Source: Magallana gigas
Taxonomy: Eukaryota
Reading direction: 5' to 3'
Assembly: GCF_963853765.1 (NCBI RefSeq)
Contig: NC_088857.1
Location: 51,956,001-52,020,000, forward strand
DNA: 64,000 bases
Positions 46,162 to 57,235 of the stretch are shown piece by piece (the first letter of the stretch is position 1; the number at the start of each line of letters is the position of its first letter). The position numbers and the translations under genes were made by a program. The notes under the pieces were generated by a model. The model did not search any database, was not told the DNA's origin, and saw only the letters and a list, made by a program, of their open reading frames with translations.

Positions 46162-49100
46162 ATGGTCACCAGGCTGCTTTCCTTCCTCATCTCTGTGTTC
46201 CTCTTGCTGACCGGGGGGCCGGGACTGACCACCACACTCACCCTCCCTCGCCACACCCAGAATCAAGGTTAGTAGTTGAGAATGATATATTCAAAATTAT
46301 TAGTATATATAGCTTATACGGTAAGTATTTTTTTTTATTTGTACATAGTTACTTTCGGAAGTGACGTAAATATTAAAATTTAATGAAAAGAGCTTTTAAT
46401 AATCTTATTAATTTGAATAATTAATGTTTGTGAATTTATTTATAATGATATCTAAATAATATAAATCAAAAGATTATCAATAAACAAAAATAACAAATTG
46501 CAAATTAAGCGTAGAAATTATAACACTCTTCAGATAGGTAACAGATATATGGTCCGGTTAAATATGAAACAATTTATCTTTCACACGGTACAAACTCTTA
46601 CCTGATATATTTTTCGGGGGCGATAATGTAAACTTCGTATGTTAATTTGCTTTTGTTTCCAAATATGGTGAATATATTTTTTCACTAAATGCCACTATTT
46701 ACATAAACCTGTGAATTTTTACCTACTCCTCCTACGTTTGTGCTTACCCGTAGGTTATTTTGGATGATCGCAAAGTAATTTTTCTTAAATCTTAAAAAAA
46801 GGAATATTCTCAAATAGGGTTAGTTTTGATAACTTATTTTGGTCTTAAACATGTATCAACTTTGAAATTTGGACTATAATAGATATTATATAGAATAGAC
46901 ACCGTCTTCTCATCTTAAAATAATGACAACATTGAGCCATAATTATAAATACCTTCGAGGAATTTTTACTATAAAACCAGTACTGTAATATTCAATTAAA
47001 AGGGTGTTCGCTTACAAAGCTTTCCAATAGTTTTTCCTATCCTATTTTATGTGTTAAAAGAAAGTGTGTCATATCAATTAGGGGTTTGGTAAGACCTGCA
47101 GGCACCGGGACAGAGATCGCACGCTACTGTAATCAGACTGATCTACATACTGTACAGGTGTAACACATCGTAACGGTGGCATACCAGACAGTTAAAACCT
47201 TGTCTAAATAATCCCCTGGAATAACACCCGCCCACTCCAACATCAAGAATTTTTTTCATCAATTCATTGACTTTCTTTAAAAGATAATCGTACAGTTTTC
47301 GATTTAAGATTGAAGTCAATCGCAAAAATTTATACTCTCAAATGGTCACCCCTCTCCTAGTCCGAAATACCTGACGTTTTTCTCGCTTTTTTTAACGATT
47401 TTGATATTTACTTGCCAGAAAATATGAAAATCGTTAAAATAAAAACAGGAAAACGTTAGGTATTTTGGATTACCCCTCTCCCTCTAAATCAAACCCCCTT
47501 TAAATTATTTTGTGCGATTAGTTTTGTAAAGTTATTTCATTTAAACAACATTAAACAACTGTGGTAAAGATAGGAGATATTTTAAGTATTTTATTTACAT
47601 TATTTATTACGTGTTTGTTTTCCTGCTCTCATGAAGGCACACTTTATGAGCCCTTTATGAAGACGAAGGTAAATGAAGTAATTGATTAGTATATAATTAT
47701 TTATATGTACAATAATTTGTTTGTATTTTCCCCGGTTTTAGGGATGCACATGGCTACGTAATGATAGTTTGTACATAATAGACCTGTAAGTTTTACGGTG
47801 TTATTTCAGAGTCTGTACCGGTCACTCTAGAGATCCACGACCCCACGGGCAGACAAAAAAGAAGCGCAGGGGAAACAACTGCCGAAAATATCCAAGTGAA
47901 GGTGACCTCTCCATCTGACGTCACGATACTCTACGTGAAACGTGAACGACGTCACGTGACCACGCCTAAAATTTACAGTGCCACTAAAAATGGTTTTTTT
48001 GAGGAGGAGACAATGAAAGCAGGAGTAAGAATTTGACATTAAACTTGATCAGTGTTAGAAATAGTGAACTGTTTTATGTTTTTATTGTGTATTTTCGTTG
48101 GTTCTCTATGTTTTTCCACAATTATCCATCACAATTTATGTACATACAATGATTGACCGCCCAGTCAACACACATATATATGAACATAACCCTTGATATT
48201 TCATATCCTCAGGAGAGTATTTTATACGTAAACGACACAGTCAAAACGACTCTCACCCTGACGCAAAATAACATGACGTCACAGAAATTTGTAAGTAGAA
48301 CACATTATAAACTTTAAAAAATATAATAAGAGAGATATCATAGACTTTATGTGTATGAACGAATATTGATAGCAGCATTTGGAATGATTGTTTATAAAAC
48401 CCTTGGGTTTTTTCAGTATGGAAGCTTTGTTAAAGATGGCCATGTACATCTAATCGAACCGGACCCCTTGGCGGGCCCGGTGGAGGGGGAGGAAGTAGGA
48501 CCCCACGTGGTCAATAGGATAGAACTGGTCGTCGATTACTTTCGGGACGCCGTGGTCATTCAAGGTACACACACAAAAGAAAAAACCACCACTCAACCTT
48601 CCGTCATTACTTAGCATAATCATTTAAACGTAATCGTTATTTAAGCATGAAGTTTGGTGATTGCTACAGTTTAGTTTAGAAATCTTTGACTTTTAACTTT
48701 TAATATAAAAGTTATCATTTCTATCACTAAACTGATGACAAATTCTTCTGTCGTCTCACAGATAATGAGGATTTACCGCTGAAGGAAGACAGCCAGAGAA
48801 TCAGTCGCGAAAGACGTCACGTGACACGAAACACCATTCGAACAGATCCCAATCAACAAAACCGAGAGCGTCGTCAAGTGATTAAGAACGACCTGTATGT
48901 GGAGTATGGGATCGTAGCAGACTACAAGAACTACCAGAGGTTTGTCAAACAGCGTAGGATAATTTTTGGGAGTTGATTATCAACTCTCCTATGCAGTTAC
49001 TCAGACAAACCGAAAGGGAAACAGTGTTTGGACCTCAGCACAAATCATCGCTGCTGACAAGACTTAGTTCTTGAAAATGATTGATGAATTCGATGTAATG

Positions 49101-49772
49101 TATGCTAAAGCATTGTTTTTCAAGGAAACTTATTTATAAATACCTTGAAAATAGTCAGATTTTAAATGGTACGTACAATTTAAATATTTTTTGTAGTCGT
49201 ATGTATTCCTACGCCAGAGTTCAATATAGTCTCGTTCAACTGGACGCTCGGCTGTCTCCGTAAATGCTTGTCGGAGATTTACGGTGTCAGCCGAGCGTTT
49301 GGTTGAACGAGAGTAGAGTTCAATATTGCTTGGATCCATACAATTTTTGAGAAATATTTTGTATTACTGATACATAGTTTGATTGAATTAATTTTACTCT
49401 AAATATTATTTAACATGATTCATATGGGGGGTTCTCGACATTCTTGTCGAAAAAGTCTAAAAATTCATATTATAAAAATGTGTGTAATTCAAATACAAAT
49501 TAGAAACTACATGTACTTGTCATGCAAAATAACATATCATTGATTTTAAGATAAACAAACATCGACAAAATCAACTCCCGTCAGTTCTTCAGTACTTTGA
49601 TTAAAAGATTTTGTTATCAAATCCAAAAAATTATAATATCAAATATTCACTGTATTTTTCTCTGACAGATGGTTTTCCACCACGAATAGCAGTCTATCAA
49701 ACTCTGAGAGAGATCACGTGACAAAGACACGGATGGTGGAATTTTACGATCACGTAGTCAACTCGGTAAGCA

Positions 49773-49850
<78 letters not shown>

Positions 49851-52612
49851 AAATCTTCATTTACATGTATAATTAATTGTTTTACAGATAGACGCTATAT
49901 TCCGGTCGGCAGATAGTGAGAAATACACATTTAACATTATTCTCTCTGGCATCGTCATCTTCAACGTAAGTATGAATGATAATCTCCATACTTCACAAGC
50001 CGCGACCTCACTGACTAGACAGTCGGTACTTATAAGGTCATCTGTTTACAGGAGACCAACAGCCCGCCTTGGACCCAGCACCACGCTGTGTGCCCCGGAT
50101 GTGACATTGTAGACGACTACGAGGTGCTCAGACAGTTCTCTGATTGGTCGAAACAATTCCTACAGAACATCATACCACATGACCACGCCGCACTGTTTAC
50201 CGGGTAATTCAGTACAACTTATTGAAAAAATTGTAGCATGTTCTTATGGCGTAAAAACTAAAATGAGTATCATATTGCATACATGAAGATGCCTTCAATT
50301 ATTTTACCAGGTTTGACTTATACTACAAAGATCTGGATTCCCCCAAAACAATAGGTATGATGTTAAAATGTCTTAACATGCACTTTTGCGGCGTTTCTTT
50401 ATTTTGAATTGCATTACCGATTTAGTAATATATTCCTTTTGTGATTGATTATAAAGGTTTGTCGTTCCTGAGTCGGATGTGCACTAACTGGTCAGTGTCT
50501 GTGATAGAGGAGAAGATGAACGCTCTCACAGTGCACGTCGCAGCGCACGAACTCGGACACAAGTAAGACTATATTTAGCAACACAGAGTTACCGAGAAAC
50601 ACATATCGAACATGTTGCTTAATATCCTTTGTTACCGTCTGTTCACAGTTTTGGGGCCTCTCATGACGGCAGTCAGAACGCAGCGGTGTGCACGGCCACA
50701 GACCTCAACCTGATGGCGTCCAAGATGTCACGTGTGACGGACCCGACCAAGGCCCGCAACCCTTGGACATTCTCCGCCTGCTCACTCAACAGCATTTATG
50801 AATACGTGGACAAATTGACTAGGTAAATGGATATAGCCTCTCATATTTTGATGGAATACTTTAAGCTGATAGATGCACCATGATATCCATTTCTTATTGT
50901 CTATCTTTAGGGAGAGACGGAACTGCTTGCTCGGAGTCCCTGCATTACAAAACAGAAACTTCCTTCCACAGCCGGGTCTTGTTTACTCAGCAGACGAACA
51001 ATGTCAGAGTTCCTATGGCAACCGTTCACGTGTTTGTAGGGTAAGCACGAATCACTTAGATATTGTTGTCCTATGAAAGTAAACCGCTTAAACTTTATTG
51101 AAACATAAGTTAGTAATAAATGCAACTGATACAAGTTAATAAGCTGTTTTAACTATTTTACAGAATTATCACCATGGAGATTGGAACACACTTTGTTATG
51201 GACTTGCTTGTTTAGTACCCAAACAATCAGAATGTCACGTGATATTTCCCCATGATGGGACACCATGCGGATATCAGAAGGTTCGAATCGTTATCAATTA
51301 ACATTGGATTGTTTGCTCTGTATTGTTTGAGTTGACCTGTTAGCGTTTTTCAAAACCATTTTTGGAAACCACACAACTAATAAATATCAAGAGGATTGCC
51401 GTTTTCCCATTTCCGTTTTTTTTTTTATTTCCGGCTATCGACTTAAGATAATTTTTCATCATTATTCAACCAGGAAGCTTTAGGCAATCCGTCTTAGTCA
51501 ATCTTTCCCCTTACCAAGGATAGAGGAAGGACATGAGTATATGTACACTGAGTCGTCAGAGTACTGGTTTAATAAGTACGTAATGTTAGATGAGTTTTCT
51601 CTAAACTGTTTACGTTGATTTTAGATCAATAAAAAAATGTAACAACAACATTCTGTTATATATTCTGAATATAATGTATCGTAAAATTTCACTTAAGAAA
51701 ATGATCGGACCTCGTTATCGAATACGTAGACTAAACAATGAAACAAATGACATAGATCTTCTAGCAGTCAGAAATCAAGGAAGGGGGTGGGGGTGGGGGT
51801 GGCTCGGGAGTAAATACAGTTGAACATCAATTGCGTTCTTTTTCCAGTCAACGGCTGCTTGTAAATGATTGCAATTAACGTATTTTTTTTCTATTTCTGT
51901 TGCAGTGGTGCATACAAGGACTCTGTGTAAACAGTTCAAAGGCCAGTAAGGTTTCAGGTAGGTCTTCATATCTCCGAACGACTTATTGAGGGACTACATG
52001 TACTTAGTCAGGCAATAACTGGCTACTTATGGAATAATTTTTGATTTAGATTTATGCACATTTTGTATTTGAACAGACGACTGTCCGCTTGGTGATGACC
52101 CGTTTGTGACGTGTTCACCGTCTGATTGTAAAACAGGAAGCGGAAGACATGGGGACTGTTGTCACTACTGTCAACAACTTAAAACAACAACATCAACAAC
52201 AACAACAGAAAATCCAACAACAACAGCAACAACAGAAATTCCAACAACTTCACTTAGCACTAGCACAACAACATTTACAGAAAATAAATCGGTGTCAGAA
52301 GAGGACAATCCTGATATTACTACACATGTAAACACATGGAGACCGACCTCAACATCGCCGCCAAACAACTCCAATAATACCACATCATCCCCAAACGCCA
52401 ATCCAGGTCCCAACACCACCACTCACCCTGTTCCTGGATCCACCCCAGTCGCAGACAACACCACCATTTTTTTCTCTGGAACCATCACGGTCCCCGACAC
52501 CACCACCTACAGCACGAGGTCCACCCCCCAGACGATGAGTCATATACCGATCATTACACCCCACCTAGAGGCCTCGGTGGGCGTCTTCCTGTCCCTGGTC
52601 GCTTTACTGTGA
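46162..52612 (+). CDS. ADAM/ADAMTS-like M12B (reprolysin) zinc metalloprotease, 736 aa, 15 exons, with a Thr-rich stalk and hydrophobic C-terminus
   Basis: Exons 46162-46267, 47810-48024, 48213-48290, 48417-48564, 48762-48939, 49669-49765, 49888-49965, 50052-50203, 50311-50354, 50457-50562, 50649-50822, 50911-51040, 51164-51280, 51906-51957, 52077-52612 (2211 nt, in frame). Signal peptide, furin-type RQKR and RERR sites, HELGHNFGASHD zinc motif, Met-turn LMA, FSACS, and an ADAMTS-type Cys-rich region (YSADEQC...HDGTPCGYQKWCIQGLCV). Confidence 0.92.
49227..49315. mobile_element. 89-bp fully palindromic MITE with a 10-bp target-site duplication
   Basis: TAGTCTCGTTCAAC ... GTTGAACGAGAGTA flanked by GAGTTCAATA at 49217-49226 and 49316-49325. 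Confidence 0.85.
49778..49843. repeat. (GA)n microsatellite
   Basis: Seen directly, about 12 bp after a splice donor. Confidence 0.95.
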
Positions 52613-52956
52613 TGTAGTTCTGTTAGCTTTTTTATGTACATTTCTTTTGATCTTGATTATGTGATGCCATATTATGACTCCATTTTAATGTGACAATGAA
52701 GTCGTCATCCGGTGCAGCTTTAGCTATGTAGATACGTTCGTGTTCATGTTTAGTGGCAACCCCTCGTAAGTTGTTTTTCACAATAAATGTTTCTAAAATA
52801 TTAATAGAAACAAAGTTTATCACAACAAAGCCCATCTCTACTGAAACATGAAAAGAAATTGCCCTCGCGTTCTTTTTGCTTATTATTGCGAACTCTATCC
52901 AAACACTGTACTTTAAGTTTTGGTCTTGGCATACCTTTTGCTCTCCTAACTAATAA

Positions 52957-55921
52957 TTAGGTCTTTCCACCTTTCAGGTGAAAGACCTCTTGTTTTCTTT
53001 ATGTTTTTAGGTCTTTCCACCTTTCAGGTGAAAGACCTTTTGTTTTCTTTATGTTTTTTATTATTCTTATAATTTTTCTTTTCTATTTTCCTTGGGACAA
53101 CTTTTTTATTTCAAGAGATATTGAAACAATTTTTTCTTTATGTTATTGGCCATTAAAAGTTATGGTACTAAATGACCCTTTGCTTGATCACTACCAGAAC
53201 TTACAAAGTTATTGCCCTTATGTACGAAAAGCTTGTTATCGCTACTCCTCTGAAACCATAAGAGATAGAGACTTGGAACTGTTACCAATGTCTTCAGTAC
53301 ACTTAGAGGGTTCTTCAATCTACTAATACCGAAAGGATCTGAGCCCCCCTTCTATCAGTTATTGCCCCTGAAAGTATTTGAATTTCCATAAAATCACTTC
53401 CAACTTTTTTATTATTTATCATAGAGACTTCGGATCACTTGGGATGGAAGCGTCTACCTTGGCCGAACAAAATGACATAAAGGTCAAAGGTCAAGGTCAT
53501 CTGCAAATCTCTTAATTAATGAGTTTTTAGATCTCTTTTGTTTAGGATGGTAGAGAAAAACTTTTTCATGGATGTAGTAGGACATCTTAAGACATTTCAA
53601 AATATATCCCCTTGGCTCCTTCTTATAAATAGTTACAGAGTTATTGCCCCTTTTGTACGAAAAGCTTGTTATCGGTACTCCTCTGAAACCATGAGAGATA
53701 TAAACTTAAAACTTTTACCAATGTCTTCAGTACACTTAGAGGGTTCTTCAATCTATTCATACCAAAAGGATCTGAGCCCCCCTTCTAGTAGTTATTGCCC
53801 CTGAAAGTATTTACATTTTTATAAAATCACTTCCAACTTTTTCATTACTTATTATAAAGACTTCGGACCACCTGGGATGGAAGTATCTACCTTGGCCGAA
53901 CAAAATGACATAAAGGTCAAAGGTCAAGGTCATTTGGAAATCTCTTAATTAATGAGTTTTTGTGTCTATTTTGTTTAGGATGGTAGAGAAAAACTTTTTC
54001 ATGGATGTAGTAGGACATCTTAAGGCATTTCAAAATATCACCCTTTGACCCTTACCATGTAACAATTATAGAGTTATTGCCCCTATTGTACAAAATGCTT
54101 GTTATCGCTACCCCTCATTAACCGTTAGAGGTAGAGACTTGAAACTTTTAATAATGTATTCAGTTCACTTAGACGATCGTTCAATCTATCATACCGAAAG
54201 GGTCCAAAGTCCCTTTTATAGCAGTTATTGCCCCTGAAAGTTTGAACAATCAATAAAAACACAAATAACTTTTGAATCAATAATCATAGATAGATCGGAC
54301 CACTTGGTATTGAAGCGTCTACCTTGTCAGATCAAAATGACATAAAGGACAAAGGTCAAGGTCAAGCAGTAAAAAATTGCAAACTTAATCGTTTGACACT
54401 TTTTATGAAGTAACGCAGAGAAATACTGTATTCTATCGAAGCAATCTTATGTCCAAAAAAAAACAAAGAGGTGGAAAGACCTCTAATTGTTCGAGAACAA
54501 TTAGTCTACTAGTTTCTTCTTCTTCTTCTTTTTTTCTATTTAGCTCGGGGTGACTTTTTTATTATTAGAGTTATCCAAACAATTTAAACTTTATGTAATT
54601 GCACATTAAAAGTTATGGTACCAATTGACCCTGTGTCAAAGAACTCCCAGAACTTGCAGAGTTATTGCCCTTTGAGAAGGAAATGCTTGTTATCGCTACT
54701 CCTCTGAAACCATAAGAGATAGAAATATGGAACTTTTACCAATGTCTTCATTACACTTAGAGGGTTCTTCAATCTATTCATACCAAAAGGATCTGAGCCC
54801 CCCTTGTAGTAGTTATTGCCCCTGAAAGTATTTAAATTTCCATAAAATCACTTCCAACTTTTTTATTATTTATCATAGAGACTTCGGTCCACTTGGGATG
54901 GAAGCGTCTACCTTGGCCGAACAAAATGACATAAAGGTCAAAGATCAAGGTCATTTGAGAAACTGTTAATTAATGAGTTTTTATATCTCTTTTGTTTAGG
55001 GTGGTGGAGAAAAACTTTTTTATGGATGTAGTAGGACATCTTAAGCCATTTTAAAATATAGCCCCTTGGCTCATACCTTTGAATAATTACAGAGTTATAG
55101 CCCCTTTTGTACGAAATGCTTGTTATCGCTACTCCTCTAAAACCATAAGAGATAGAAATATGGAACTTTTACCATTGTCTTCAGTACACTTAGAGGGTTC
55201 TTCAATCTATTCATACCGAAAGGATCTGAGGCCCCCTTATAGTAGTAATTGCCCCTGAAAGTATTGAAACTTCCATAAAATCATTTCCAACTTTTTTACT
55301 ATCTATCATAGAGAGTTCGGACCACTTGGAATAGAAGCGTCTACCTTGGGCGAACAAAATGACATAAAGGTCAAAGGTCAACGTCATTTGGAAGTCTGTT
55401 AATTGATGAAATTTCATATTATTTGAAATACAGAAATATAGTAAGGGTTTCAATAGCTTGCTGGATTGCGCAATAAGGTATTAAATTGGGTCAGCCAGGT
55501 ATCACATTAAGTCCTGTGGTTACTCAAGTGGAACTTGTTTTTACAGTCAATCCATTCATTTTGTACAAAGACAGCTAGCCTCTAGAACACTCTCTTCTAT
55601 TGTTAGGTTTACTGTTTATATGTTGTGTAAAGAATATTCACTTGGCTCAGTTTTGTTCATAGTAAGTGGAAAAAAATTCAGAAAAGTAATTTAATAAATC
55701 TTTACGTTATATACAACATGGAATTCTTAAAGAAATGGCTTGATAATAATCTTTAAAAACCATTTATCAATTAATGGCTTCGTGGTTTTCCCATTTTATA
55801 GTACAACATGTATCATAGGTATAATAATGTTTTGTATACCTTATTGAGCAATCTAGCAATTCATTAAAAATAGTAGGTGGAAAGACCTCTAATTGTTCTC
55901 GAACAATTAGCCTACTAGTTT
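52957..55921 (+). mobile_element. Two nested Helentron-associated non-autonomous elements with 433-bp internal tandem units
   Basis: The 5' end ttaggtctttccacctttcaggtgaaagacct occurs at 52957 and 53007. The 3' subTIR aggtggaaagacct plus hairpin ctaattgttc-nn-gaacaattag plus ctactagttt occurs at 54469-54515 and 55875-55921. The unit marker ttatcg(c/g)tac lies at 53236, 53669, 54102, 54690 and 55123. Confidence 0.82.
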
Positions 55922-57235
55922 CTTTTACACCTGTAATAGGCAAATGTCTTGTGATAACAAATTTTAGAGAAAACGAATAAAAAATAACACGTATTTTTGC
56001 ATTATTTTATTTAGTGAGATAATTGTACTCGGCAATTGAATGGAGGAGTCTTTTCCGTTCGTATACAACATTTGCACAAACGTCTGCTTTTAAAGAACAC
56101 TAATCAAGGTCGGTCAAAAACAGACTGGCTCTTAAACTAGGAATATCAGTTTTGGAAAATGACTTTTTCTTGGAAGGAGATGGAACCGTAATGCTTGCAT
56201 GCACGGCGGACATCCTGCAATAAGACGCCATTGATCGAGATTCCTGCTCTGGTAGGCTACTGAGATTCCCAAAATTTAAACATCTGCCATCATTTGCTCC
56301 TTCATAGTACAAAAGTTTAAAATCTTGTTCTGATTCACCAATAGCAGACAAGATTTCTCTAGGACGCACTTTCCTCGCATAATTTTCAACATGAAATCAA
56401 GTCAAAGAAACCAGCTTGATAGAAGGGGTGCTGGGTATTTACAAACGGTCGATGGAATAATGAGCATATTTATTACATTCCAGTCAAAACATCCACATAT
56501 TCTGAGGTTAAGGAATCATATACTGTAGTGTAAACAATTAAAAAGATAACTATAAAACAACACTTTATTTTCAACATTGGTAAGATTCCAAACATGAATA
56601 TCTTATTTCTCTTTTAATATTTCATTATGGTTGCATGTCACTTCAATCTTGCATCTATAATTACACAATAGTATGCATACCCCTGATAGAACTGATAGAA
56701 GACCTTGTAGAAAATTACTCCTTTATACTTTCTTTTTTTATTTTTTTAGAAAAGTCCAGTTACACGTGGGATCATAATTAAATACTTAAAAACAAATACT
56801 GTAAATTATTAGCAGCATTCTTTTACAATGATGATTTAAATATTACTGTTGATTGTTAAACCAGTGTTCACTGTAGTGTATGGTGATTAAAAACTCCAGG
56901 GCTGTGAATATTTAACGGGAAAGGGAGGTGTGAGCACTGCTTCAGAAGCTTACATTACCTATAGTAGGTGCTTTGTATAGTGACAGACAAAGCATAAAGG
57001 GAACTTAGGCAGACCGCCTAGTAGACTTGACCTGTCAATTACCATAGGAGGTATCAATATGGAAACACGGCAGCGTTATAATTGTACATGTATTACCTCC
57101 TTGCAAAAGCCTTAACATTGTACATCATGGAGTTCAAACATTTCTTAACAATCACAAACTATTAACAAAGACACTGTTAACAAAGCCCCCCCCCCTCACT
57201 TCCCAGTAAGCTAGTCCTTGGGTAATCCCCCTCCC

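Noticed and set aside
53051-55453. Repeated ORFs (RKACYRYSSET...) in the 433-bp units
   Set aside because: They are chance frames in a non-coding repeat, with no Rep/helicase or transposase motifs.
56501-56515. U12-like branch word TCCTTAAC on the minus strand
   Set aside because: It is only about 5 nt from the next AG, and no matching minor donor was found upstream.
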